This document shows, in pieces, positions 1 to 8,916 of a stretch of 57,870 nucleotides of DNA (within the stretch, counting starts at the first letter, position 1; every line of letters starts with the position of its first letter). This DNA is from a virus (taxonomy: Duplodnaviria; Caudoviricetes), in IMG/VR virus record IMGVR_UViG_3300049489_000130, positions 1-57,870 of that record, one strand, 5' to 3'. Under the pieces are notes generated by a model, which was given only the letters and a program-made list of their open reading frames with translations, was not told the DNA's origin and did not search any database. A program made the translations under genes and the position numbers.

Positions 1-168
1 GTTCCGGAGGTTTCTTGCCGCAAAGTACGCTTGGAACGAGAGCATCCGCCGCATATCTACTCAGCACAACTTGAGGACAACTCTGCGATTCTGGGTATGG
101 CTCGTTGCTGGGGGTATCCAAGATACCGAGAAGAAGATTCGTTTGACGGTAAACCAAGAAATCTCAAA
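1..168. repeat. Terminal direct repeat, left copy (circular assembly overlap)
   Basis: Identical to 57703-57870 except A41 vs G57743; an ORF reads through the junction. Confidence 0.95.
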
Positions 169-197
169 GAGGCCGTGCAGCAGCTTCGTGATTCAAA

Positions 198-347
198 ATG
201 AAACACATACTCATCCATTGTCCTATGTGCAAAGAGAAGACTACATCACTTGTAGATGGTAATGGGGCAACTATCTGTTTGACATGTGGCACAACACAAT
301 ACGTTCATCCTTCGAGATATATGAGGAAAAATGACGACACAAAATGA
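198..347 (+). CDS. Small zinc-ribbon protein (49 aa)
   Basis: Hand translation MKHILIHCPMCKEK...ICLTCGT; two CxxC; ATGA overlap with the upstream ORF. Confidence 0.6.
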   Translation: MKHILIHCPMCKEKTTSLVDGNGATICLTCGTTQYVHPSRYMRKNDDTK

Positions 348-774
348 GTTAATAGAGAATCTACGTCGAGCGGTAGAAGATAAAGGGCGTGTTCCTGAAT
401 TCCATATTCATATGAAGCGTCAACACCAAAGTGAATGGCCTAAACTCTGGGAAGCAATCCATGCCTTGTTGAACTTCAAACCAAGAACATATCCGATCAA
501 TCGAACCTTTGTGATTGCGCCATCTTATCAAAAGGCTCAAGTATGGTGTGAGGATCACGACATCAACTATAGAAGCCCGTATGTGTATGTCATCACCCCT
601 TATTCACCAAAAGGTGTCTATGGTATGCGCCCCGGTGAAGGTGATGAAGTGAAGATCATATATCCTAATTTCGACGAAGCACCATACCCAGAAGAGTTTA
701 TTATGGTCCTACAGACAAATGGGTTTCTTATTTCATTTCAATATAAGGAGACTGCTAATGACAACATCAGCTAA
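331..774 (+). CDS. Hypothetical protein
   Basis: ORF with GAGG RBS, overlaps neighbours. Confidence 0.7.
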   Translation: MTTQNELIENLRRAVEDKGRVPEFHIHMKRQHQSEWPKLWEAIHALLNFKPRTYPINRTFVIAPSYQKAQVWCEDHDINYRSPYVYVITPYSPKGVYGMRPGEGDEVKIIYPNFDEAPYPEEFIMVLQTNGFLISFQYKETANDNIS

Positions 775-1597
775 GATCATCGCCGATTCGGTTAGCCCGG
801 AAGGTAAGCGTGTCACGACAATGGAAGTGGAGATGCACCGATTTGTGTTGGCGGAATTCAATACACATCGCGTCTTCAGCCGCAATAGTGCCTCGAGTAG
901 GGCCATTCCTGTGGTGAAGCAGCTCAACAACATCTGGGCGCGTCCGGCATATCCTGCAGTATGGGCCTCTGAGAAGCCCGGCATGCAGGGTGGCGATGAG
1001 CTCACGGGTACAGATCTAGAAGACGCTGAGGCCTTATTTCAGCGTTGTCTTGCGTATGTTGGTAACCAAGTAGAACGATATGTGGACGAACATCCCCTCG
1101 AAACTGAGGACAGCGTACGCTTACACAAGTCCTTGTTGAACCGATTGCTCGAGCCGTTCATGTGGCACAAGGTGATTGTGACGTCGACTGAGTGGGATAA
1201 CTTCTTCGCGCTGCGGTGCCATCCTCTGGCTCAACCCGAGATGCGTATTGCGGCAGAGATGATGTTCGACGCATACAACAACTCTGTCCCTCTACCTCTT
1301 GGTTACGGGGAATGGCACACACCATATGCGGATGAGGACACGCCACTCAACGAGCGTCTTATTACATCGGTAGCCCGATGCGCTTGGGTATCCACTGCGT
1401 CTCATGATGGCGATCATTCCTTTGATGCTTGTGTGCGTATGTACAACCGTCTCGCTGAGGCAAATCCTATGCATGCTAGCCCATTCGAACATCAATGCAC
1501 ACCAATGAACAAGGACCAATCTGCTCAGGTTGGGAACTTGCTCCGATTTCGGCAGCTTCGTCACTTCATTGAAAAGGATATTCCAGTATATGGCTGA
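758..1597 (+). CDS. thyX: Flavin-dependent thymidylate synthase (ThyX-like)
   Basis: EFNTHRVFSRNSASSR signature, FFALRC..AQPEMR and HASPFEH motifs; AAGGAG RBS before ATG 758. Confidence 0.85.
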   Translation: MTTSAKIIADSVSPEGKRVTTMEVEMHRFVLAEFNTHRVFSRNSASSRAIPVVKQLNNIWARPAYPAVWASEKPGMQGGDELTGTDLEDAEALFQRCLAYVGNQVERYVDEHPLETEDSVRLHKSLLNRLLEPFMWHKVIVTSTEWDNFFALRCHPLAQPEMRIAAEMMFDAYNNSVPLPLGYGEWHTPYADEDTPLNERLITSVARCAWVSTASHDGDHSFDACVRMYNRLAEANPMHASPFEHQCTPMNKDQSAQVGNLLRFRQLRHFIEKDIPVYG

Positions 1598-1790
1598 TGT
1601 AGTGAGGACATGTTTCGCTGTACCAGGAGGAAAGGTTCATATCTTAGAGCCTGACTTTGATAGAGATCGTTTTCCACTAGGTCGAGCCAAATGTGCACCC
1701 TTTCCTCGTAAGAAGTCGGACGCTCTTGTAGAGCCAAACCAAGTATCTAGTGAGGAGTTTTGTAATCTATGTCTCAAAATCAAAAACTAA
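1590..1790 (+). CDS. Small Cys-containing hypothetical protein
   Basis: ATG overlapping the thyX end, AAGGA RBS, C-terminal CxxC. Confidence 0.55.
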   Translation: MADVVRTCFAVPGGKVHILEPDFDRDRFPLGRAKCAPFPRKKSDALVEPNQVSSEEFCNLCLKIKN

Positions 1791-1903
1791 AAGAAAATTG
1801 TCCTCGTTGTGGAAATTCCCTATACCGAGATATGACTAATAACGGTTTCGTCACTCGATGTAGAAACCCGGCGTGTCCTGTCGATGCCGTGAGTAAGGGG
1901 TAA
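1769..1903 (+). CDS. Small zinc-ribbon protein (44 aa)
   Basis: Hand translation with CPRC...CRNPAC; GAGGAG upstream. Confidence 0.5.
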   Translation: MSQNQKLKENCPRCGNSLYRDMTNNGFVTRCRNPACPVDAVSKG

Positions 1904-1905
1904 AC

Positions 1906-2298
1906 ATGTCAAAACGAGTCCCTGTTAAATTTCAAAGTAATGAGACTGTCGGCATTGCGGAAGTGCGTGGTGACGGATACAGTATCACATTCATTGATAC
2001 CGAAGCGGGTCGTGCAGCAAAAGCTATAATGTTCGGTGAGGATGATCTTGGTCATTTAAGTATTGTTCTCGATCCGTCTGTACCGACAGAGTGGAACGAT
2101 AACGCATATACGGTTGTTGGTGAGCCTGCTACTCTGATCAACAATATGGTTAAACGGTCCTTCCCAGACGTTTTTGTAAAATCGGAATACCAAGACCATT
2201 GTCCTAAAGATGAAGATGGAATTCATTTCTTTAGAGGTAGATTCTGTATCTATTGTAACTGTACAGATCCTCTGATTGATAACGTATTTGAGGAGTAA
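1906..2298 (+). CDS. Hypothetical protein
   Basis: ORF with RBS and Cys-rich C-terminus. Confidence 0.65.
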   Translation: MSKRVPVKFQSNETVGIAEVRGDGYSITFIDTEAGRAAKAIMFGEDDLGHLSIVLDPSVPTEWNDNAYTVVGEPATLINNMVKRSFPDVFVKSEYQDHCPKDEDGIHFFRGRFCIYCNCTDPLIDNVFEE

Positions 2299-2309
2299 GG
2301 AGGTGAGAT

Positions 2310-3488
2310 ATGCCGGAACTGATGGAACACCAAAAAGAGGCTTTGAAGAATTTAGGTAATGGGAAGGTCCTTTGGGGTGGAGTTGGTTCTGGAAAGACAA
2401 TGACGGCGTGTGCATATTACATGCAAAACGAAGCGCCAAAGGATATCGTTGTCATCACCACCGCAAAGAAACGTGACAGTCTCGACTGGGAGGGTGAGTT
2501 TGCTGCCTTTGGTGTCAGTACGACTCGCTCTCTCAGTTGTGCTGGTACTCTTGTTGTAGACTCATGGAACAACATCGGCAACTACATAGACAAGGAAGAC
2601 GCATTCTTCATATTTGACGAGCAGAGGCTTGTTGGTAATGGGGCATGGGTCAAAGCGTTCCAGAAGATTGCTAAGAAAAACCAATGGATTCTGTTGAGTG
2701 CTACCCCCGGAGATACTTGGGTAGATTATGCTCCTTTGTTTCTGGCAAATGGTCTATATAGAAATGTAACAGAATTCAAGCGTGAACACATCGTATACGC
2801 GCCATTCTCGAAGTACCCCAAGATCGTACGATATGTAGGCGTTCGTACGTTAGAGAAATACCGCAACATGCTTTTGGTAGAAATGCCATATATGAAGCAT
2901 ACTTCTCGTGTATTCGAGGAGATTTCTGTAGGATATGATGAAGAAATGCTACGTCTTGTGAATGTGAAGCGTTGGCAACCATACGAGGACAGACCGTTGA
3001 CTGATGTCTCTGACATGTTCCGTACAATGCGTAAGGTAGTCAACTCAGATCCTTCACGTCTGGATGCGGTTAGAGCTTTGTTGAAAGACCATCCTAAACT
3101 CATCATCTACTACTCGTTCAACTACGAACTCGATATCTTGAGACAATTAGCGGATGAAGTAGAGGTAGCCGAGTGGAATGGTCATCGTAAACATCCTCTT
3201 CCTACTGGAGATCGTTGGGTGTATCTCGTACAGTATGTAGCTGGCGCGGAAGGATGGAACGCCATAACAACAGATACAATGGTGTTCTGGTCTTTGACGT
3301 ATTCATACAAGAACTTTCATCAAGCCCAAGGGCGGATTGACCGTCTGAATACCCCTTTCAAGACTCTCTATTACTTCGTTTTGATATCAGATTCTGTGGT
3401 TGATAAGGCCGTAAAGCGGAGTTTGGATGCTAAAGAGTTGTTCAGCGAGCGTAAATTCTTGGCTGAAAACTGGCCAGAATGGGGGTAA
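2310..3488 (+). CDS. Superfamily 2 (SNF2/DExH-like) DNA helicase
   Basis: Walker A GGVGSGKT, DEQ Walker B, SATP motif III, QAQGRIDR motif VI; AGGAGG RBS. Confidence 0.9.
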   Translation: MPELMEHQKEALKNLGNGKVLWGGVGSGKTMTACAYYMQNEAPKDIVVITTAKKRDSLDWEGEFAAFGVSTTRSLSCAGTLVVDSWNNIGNYIDKEDAFFIFDEQRLVGNGAWVKAFQKIAKKNQWILLSATPGDTWVDYAPLFLANGLYRNVTEFKREHIVYAPFSKYPKIVRYVGVRTLEKYRNMLLVEMPYMKHTSRVFEEISVGYDEEMLRLVNVKRWQPYEDRPLTDVSDMFRTMRKVVNSDPSRLDAVRALLKDHPKLIIYYSFNYELDILRQLADEVEVAEWNGHRKHPLPTGDRWVYLVQYVAGAEGWNAITTDTMVFWSLTYSYKNFHQAQGRIDRLNTPFKTLYYFVLISDSVVDKAVKRSLDAKELFSERKFLAENWPEWG

Positions 3489-3769
3489 AAAGTATCGAAA
3501 AAGGGGTCTTTACCTACCAGAGAGTATGTTCAAAAGTGGGTAAATTTGTATGAATTTTTTTGTTGTTTTTCTGTGAAATCTTGAACGTTTTTGAAAGCGT
3601 AGTGAAAATTTGGTGAAAATCGAGGGTAAATCGGTCAGTTTTGAGGGTTCGTTTTGGGTGTGAATTGGCATTTGGGATGGATTCAAAATTGGGTGAATTT
3701 GGTGAAAAATTGTCTCGAAATTCTAAAATTTTTGTTACGCTTTCAAAAAACGTTCAGATTTCACAGGAT

Positions 3770-4020
3770 GTTATACTACTTTTTGAGGTTTGGGTTTGGG
3801 TGAAAATGGCCTCTGACCTGGGGTTATGCCGAACGGGACAGTTGCGAAAAAAAGTAGTATAACATTTATTTTTTTTGAGGCAAAAACTTTTTATAAAAAA
3901 CGTAAATGTTATACTACTTTATTATTGTACGCGCGACCTTAGAGGTTATACTACCAACTAGTATAACATATGACGTTTTCTACAAAAGTTTTCACAAGAA
4001 AAAAAATAAATGTTATACTA
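3770..4020. promoter_or_regulatory. AT-rich iteron / inverted-repeat region, putative replication origin
   Basis: Six copies of GTTATACTA/TAGTATAAC (3770, 3855, 3908, 3945, 3959, 4012); two roughly 62-bp units in inverted orientation; long A/T tracts; non-coding. Confidence 0.6.
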
Positions 4021-4088
4021 CCCCAAAAAACAGTACCGTGGGTCCGTACCCCTACTTTGGGTAAAATTTTGAGTCAAGGAGATACCTA

Positions 4089-4598
4089 ATGGATGAAGTC
4101 TGGACTCCTATCGATGAACTACCAAATTATCTAGTAAGTAACACTGGACTCGTCATGAACGATTCAACAGGTAGGTTATTGAAACAGAGTTTAACAAAAC
4201 AAGGAGCATTGAAAGTAAACATATTTGATGGCGATCGATCACACAAGACATTATCAGTCAAAGTTCTCGTAGCAAGAGGCTTTGTGTATGGAAGAGATGA
4301 TATATTCAACACAGCCATCCAGTTAGATGGTAACCAGTTAAATGTAGACGCTTCTAATCTGATGTGGAGACCGAGACATTACGCCATATCTTACAGAAGA
4401 CAGTTCTCAAACCCAAACCCACATTACGAAGGACTTTATACTTTAATGCCTGTCATGGAAGTTGAGAGCGAAGAAGTATACGAGAACATTCGAGAAGCCG
4501 GGATCAAGTTTGGTTTGTTGTGTTCGGAGATATGGAAGTCTTGCGTGTACGGTAACCCTACTAGTTTAACAGGGCAGACCTTCAAATACGTAACTTAA
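4089..4598 (+). CDS. NUMOD4/HNH-like protein, apparently catalytically degenerate
   Basis: EVWTPI..PNYLVSNTGLV NUMOD4 start; HNH region lacks the usual His residues. Confidence 0.75.
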   Translation: MDEVWTPIDELPNYLVSNTGLVMNDSTGRLLKQSLTKQGALKVNIFDGDRSHKTLSVKVLVARGFVYGRDDIFNTAIQLDGNQLNVDASNLMWRPRHYAISYRRQFSNPNPHYEGLYTLMPVMEVESEEVYENIREAGIKFGLLCSEIWKSCVYGNPTSLTGQTFKYVT

Positions 4599-4685
4599 AA
4601 AGTAGTATAACCCACCCACAAAAACAACGGATATAATAGAAGGAGCCGCCTGTGTTGCTCGTTTTATCGTTTTTGGAGGCATAAT

Positions 4686-4982
4686 ATGACTGAAAGTCAA
4701 TACCAAGCACAGTTGGTAAAAAAATTGTACCGACTGTTTCCTGGTTGCTTCATTCAAAAAAACGATCCTAAGACAACGCAAGGGATTCCAGATCTTGTTA
4801 TATTCTTTGGTAAGTATTGGGCTATGCTTGAAGTTAAAATATCAGCAACAGCCAAAGAGCGGCCTAATCAACGTTATTATGTAGACATGCTCTCGGAGAT
4901 GTCGTTCGCCGCTTTTATATTTCCCGAGAATGAAGAGGACGTACTGTATGAACTTCAACTCGCATTACGCTCTGTCCGGTAA
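4686..4982 (+). CDS. VRR-NUC domain nuclease (resolvase-like)
   Basis: ESQYQ, GIPDL, LEVK and PNQ motifs. Confidence 0.85.
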   Translation: MTESQYQAQLVKKLYRLFPGCFIQKNDPKTTQGIPDLVIFFGKYWAMLEVKISATAKERPNQRYYVDMLSEMSFAAFIFPENEEDVLYELQLALRSVR

Positions 4983-5508
4983 ACACGCATTTCTATCGCC
5001 AAGCCAGTACCACTGGATCAATTATGATGAACACAAACTCGAAGCGCGTTTTGTTGCCGCCACTGCAGCTGCTAGGGGAACCGATCTACATGATCTAGCA
5101 CACCAGGCTATACGCTTGGGAATAAAGCTATCCAAAGCTAATAGAACTATATCTTCTTATGTGAATGACGCTATTGGATACAAGATGCAAAGCGAACAGA
5201 TGCTCTATTATTCGGACAACTGTTTTGGTACTGCTGACACTATATCTTTTAGACGAAACAAACTTCGTATACATGACTTGAAGACTGGTATCACTCCGTC
5301 TTCGGTTCATCAATTGGAAGTTTACGCTGCATTATTCTGTTTGGAGTATGACTTCTCACCTTTTGATATTGAGATAGAACTTCGCATTTATCAGAACGAT
5401 GAAGTCAGAATCTTTGATGGAGATCCTAACGTTATCCTGGACATCATGAACAAAATTGTCGAATTTGACATGCGTATTCAATTTATGCAGGAAAGGGGTG
5501 TCGGATGA
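4948..5508 (+). CDS. PD-(D/E)xK (Cas4/RecB-like) exonuclease
   Basis: LSPS, RGTDLH, FGTAD, IHDLKTG and QLEVYA motifs. Confidence 0.8.
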   Translation: MNFNSHYALSGKHAFLSPSQYHWINYDEHKLEARFVAATAAARGTDLHDLAHQAIRLGIKLSKANRTISSYVNDAIGYKMQSEQMLYYSDNCFGTADTISFRRNKLRIHDLKTGITPSSVHQLEVYAALFCLEYDFSPFDIEIELRIYQNDEVRIFDGDPNVILDIMNKIVEFDMRIQFMQERGVG

Positions 5509-8171
5509 TTATTGATGAAGATGAATATCTGGCGCACTATGGTATTCTCCGTAAGTCAGGGCGTTATCCTTGGGGGTCTGGTGATAATCAATCAGAGGTA
5601 AATAACGCGTTTCTGTCGTATGTTGCCGACCTTCGAGCTAAAGGTCTCAGTGAAGTAGAGATTGCTCGAGGGATTGGTGTTTCAACCACACAACTTCGTG
5701 CAGCAAAAGCCATTGCCAAGACTGAGCAAAAACAAACTCAGATCAACATGGCCCAGCGACTTAAGGATAAAGGTCTCTCGAATGTTGCCATTGGGCAACG
5801 TATGGGGATTCCGGATACGACAGTTGGAACACTTCTAAAACCAGGCGCCAAAGATAAAGCTGACGTCCTCCAAGGCATTACAACCATGCTCAAGGACCAA
5901 GTCGCCGAAAAGACCTATGTTGATGTTGGTAGTGGCGTAGAACAATCACTTAATATTAGCGATACAAAACTCAAGGTTGCTCTAGCTGCACTTAAAGAAG
6001 AAGGATACAACGTTTATTACGCTAAAGTCCTTCAGCTTGGTACCGGAATGGAAACGAGCTTGAAAGTTTTAGTTCCTCCTGGAACTACATATTCTGAGTT
6101 TTACAAGAACCGTGACAACATCAAACAGATAAATGCTTTTTCTGATGATGGTGGGCGAGACTTCAATCGAATCCAACCTCCTCTGCGAATCGATCCTAAA
6201 AGAGTTGATATCGTCTATGGAGATAAAGGTGGCGCTGCAGCCGACGGTGTTATTTATGTTCGTCCAGGCGTTCAAGATGTTTCGCTTGGTAAGAGTAGCT
6301 ACGCCCAGGTTCGTATTCAAGTAGGAGATGGTCATTACCTTAAAGGTATGGCTATGTATCGGGAAGATCTTCCTGATGGAGTAGATCTCCTCTTCAACAC
6401 GAACAAGTTGGATACTGGTAATAAGTTCGACGCTATGAAGAAAGTTAGCGACGATCCTGTTAATCCGTTTGGTTCAATGATCAAAAGACAACTTATTGAT
6501 CGAGACCCCAATGGTAAACCTGTAGTAACTTCAGCTATGAATATCGTTAACGAGGAGGGAGATTGGACCACTTGGTCTAAGAACCTTTCTTCTCAGATGC
6601 TTTCCAAGCAGAGCCCTCAGTTGGCTCGGGCTCAACTCAACATGGCTTATGAAAGAAGGGCTAGAGAGCTTGATAATATCTTAGCCCTTACGAACCCCGA
6701 AGTTCGTAAGAAGTTGTTGACAGAGTTCTCTGACGGCGCCGATTCTGCTGCTGTCCATTTGAAGGCTGCGCCTTTACCTGGGCAAGGGTCACATATTATC
6801 TTACCAATCAAATCAATCAAGCCTACCGAGATCTATGCTCCAAACTATCAGAATGGAGAAAGGGTTGTCCTGATCAGACACCCGCATGGTGGTACGTTTG
6901 AGATTCCAGAATTGACTGTCAACAACAATCATCGCGAATCTAAGCGTTTGTTGAAAGACGCTAAAGATGCTGTTGGTATTCACAGTAGCGTAGCAGAACG
7001 CCTTTCGGGCGCAGACTTCGATGGTGACACTGTTATTGTCATACCAAACTCTGGAAATAAAGTAAAGACCACACCAGCACTTGAAGGTTTGAAGAACTTT
7101 GATCCTCGGTCCGCATACCCAGCATATGAGGGTATGAAGCCGATATCACCTCGAACCAAACAACAAGAGATGGGTTATGCGTCCAACCTGATTACGGACA
7201 TGACTATCAAGCGAGCATCTACACAAGATCTTGCTAGAGCTGTTCGTTACTCCATGGTTGTTATTGACTCTGAGAAGCATAACTTAGACTATCGGCAGGC
7301 TGCACTTGATAACGGCATCAGGCAACTGAAAGAACGTTACCAAGGTAAGTCAAGAGGCGGTGCATCAACGCTGATCTCTAATGCGGGTAAAGAGTCTAAG
7401 GTTGCTATACCAGAGCGTAAAGCACGTACCTTTGCTAAGGGTGGACCAATAGATCCAAAGACGGGTAAGAAAGAATACGAACCAACTGGTGTTACCTATG
7501 TCAATTCAAAAGGGCAGACAGTAACCAAGACCGTTCGTGTTCCTAAACTATCAGTTGTGGATGATGTGTCTGTCTATTCATCAGGCACGCCAATGGAGCG
7601 CGTCTATGTAGAGCATGCGAATAAACTTAAGTCGTTGGCTAACTACGCAAGATTACAGTTAATTAATACCCCCCCTATCAAAGTATCGACCTCCGCAAAG
7701 AAAGTATACTCGAACGAGGTTGAGTCTTTGAACGCTAAATTAGCCCTCGCCATAAGAAACCGCCCCCTCGAGAGACAGGCACAGATTCTGGCTAATGCTG
7801 CTATCAAAGCTAAGGTTGCTGCTGATCCTGGAATGGATAGTGCTACTCTCAAGAAGATCAAGAATCAAGAGTTGGAGACCGCCCGTATTCGTACCGGCGC
7901 CAAGAAACAAAGGATTCAGATCTCCCCTGAAGAATGGGATGCTATTCAAGCCGGCGCTATTAGCGGAAGCCGTCTAGCCACCATACTGGACAATGCTGAT
8001 ATGGACATTGTTAGGGAGCTTGCTACACCACGTGATAGTGTTCTTATGACAACCGCCAAGACAAACAGAGCCAAGGCCATGCTTGCTGATGGTTACACAA
8101 GAGCCGAAGTTGCTGCACAATTGGGTGTGTCACTCTCTACTTTGGATGCTTCAACTAGTGAGGAAGGATAG
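5505..8171 (+). CDS. Single-chain two-barrel RNA polymerase (YonO / cellular RdRP-like) with HTH domains
   Basis: DG(247), QxR(268-270), KG(280), RHP(458), SGADFDGD (Asp 504/506/508) and DxxK(588) in the order of the cRdRP/YonO family; HTH-like segments at both ends. Confidence 0.8.
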   Translation: MIIDEDEYLAHYGILRKSGRYPWGSGDNQSEVNNAFLSYVADLRAKGLSEVEIARGIGVSTTQLRAAKAIAKTEQKQTQINMAQRLKDKGLSNVAIGQRMGIPDTTVGTLLKPGAKDKADVLQGITTMLKDQVAEKTYVDVGSGVEQSLNISDTKLKVALAALKEEGYNVYYAKVLQLGTGMETSLKVLVPPGTTYSEFYKNRDNIKQINAFSDDGGRDFNRIQPPLRIDPKRVDIVYGDKGGAAADGVIYVRPGVQDVSLGKSSYAQVRIQVGDGHYLKGMAMYREDLPDGVDLLFNTNKLDTGNKFDAMKKVSDDPVNPFGSMIKRQLIDRDPNGKPVVTSAMNIVNEEGDWTTWSKNLSSQMLSKQSPQLARAQLNMAYERRARELDNILALTNPEVRKKLLTEFSDGADSAAVHLKAAPLPGQGSHIILPIKSIKPTEIYAPNYQNGERVVLIRHPHGGTFEIPELTVNNNHRESKRLLKDAKDAVGIHSSVAERLSGADFDGDTVIVIPNSGNKVKTTPALEGLKNFDPRSAYPAYEGMKPISPRTKQQEMGYASNLITDMTIKRASTQDLARAVRYSMVVIDSEKHNLDYRQAALDNGIRQLKERYQGKSRGGASTLISNAGKESKVAIPERKARTFAKGGPIDPKTGKKEYEPTGVTYVNSKGQTVTKTVRVPKLSVVDDVSVYSSGTPMERVYVEHANKLKSLANYARLQLINTPPIKVSTSAKKVYSNEVESLNAKLALAIRNRPLERQAQILANAAIKAKVAADPGMDSATLKKIKNQELETARIRTGAKKQRIQISPEEWDAIQAGAISGSRLATILDNADMDIVRELATPRDSVLMTTAKTNRAKAMLADGYTRAEVAAQLGVSLSTLDASTSEEG

Positions 8172-8176
8172 AACTA

Positions 8177-8434
8177 ATGATGGTTTCAATGCTCACTACT
8201 GTTGACAATCCCCATGATCCTTTTGACGCCTACGATCAGTGGTATAGTTGGGATCAAAGAGCTGGTTACAACACCCCCGCCTTCCTGGCAAGGGTCACTG
8301 TAACTTCAGATGTTTTGTCTGAAGCAGATCAGATACTAGCTATTGAACGTGCAATCGATGAGATTGTTTTTGAAAACGTTCTTGGTGTGTATAGAAAAGT
8401 TACAAAAGAATTTCCTGACGATTTAGAGTTTTAA
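8177..8434 (+). CDS. Conserved hypothetical phage protein
   Basis: LTTVDNPHDPF...W motif; last gene before the putative cos site. Confidence 0.75.
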   Translation: MMVSMLTTVDNPHDPFDAYDQWYSWDQRAGYNTPAFLARVTVTSDVLSEADQILAIERAIDEIVFENVLGVYRKVTKEFPDDLEF

Positions 8435-8454
8435 TTCGTCGAGATTGCATGTTG

Positions 8455-8536
8455 GCATAGGGGGGGGAGGGGGTCTCCGGATTCTACCCCCCCTATGCAT
8501 CGCCCGACTCCCCAAAAAATACCCGGCGGGAGATTT
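8455..8536. other. Putative cos / genome-end region
   Basis: 12-bp perfect inverted repeat GCATAGGGGGGG / CCCCCCCTATGC, then CGCCCGACT (8501-8509), resembling the 9-nt 3' overhangs of related actinophages; upstream of the packaging genes. Confidence 0.6.
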
Positions 8537-8598
8537 CCGGAGGACTTTTTGGATTCCAGGGCAGGTTTAGATCCCTTTAGACTTAGGAGTAATCAACA

Positions 8599-8916
8599 AT
8601 GGACAAGTCAGTTGTGGTCTATAAGAATCGCACAAACGTTCTCACTGTTCGTTTGGGTATAGATGTTTCTGGGGATACCTTTGAGAGTGAAATTCGTGAT
8701 CGACCAAACTCCGACGCAAACCTCATTGCGACATGGGCTTTCAGTTTTCTGACAGATGGCACCGATGGTGTAGTGGTTTTAACCTGTGATAATTCACAAT
8801 TGTCCAATGTGGTGCACAAGACCGGTTACATGGACCTGAAGCGTGTCAGTAACGGAGAGCCGTACCAGGTATATGCTCCCGTCAAGGTACAGTTCGTTGA
8901 TACGGTGACCGCATGA
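8599..8916 (+). CDS. Putative structural adaptor (beta-sandwich), paralog of 23341-23733
   Basis: Similar pattern (EIRD.P...LI, TGYMD vs QLRE.P...LI, SGYYD); precedes a fibre-like gene. Confidence 0.6.
   Translation: MDKSVVVYKNRTNVLTVRLGIDVSGDTFESEIRDRPNSDANLIATWAFSFLTDGTDGVVVLTCDNSQLSNVVHKTGYMDLKRVSNGEPYQVYAPVKVQFVDTVTA

Noticed and set aside
1-168. Biological direct terminal repeat of the virion
   Set aside because: Lies mid-ORF, and a cos-like site with HK97-type packaging genes is present elsewhere; an assembly overlap is simpler
3641-3862. 73-aa ORF in the AT-rich region
   Set aside because: TTG start, low-complexity T/G-skewed sequence, overlaps iterons
4948-5508. Cas4 as evidence of a CRISPR system
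   Set aside because: Stand-alone PD-(D/E)xK exonuclease without Fe-S Cys motifs or an array; common in phages
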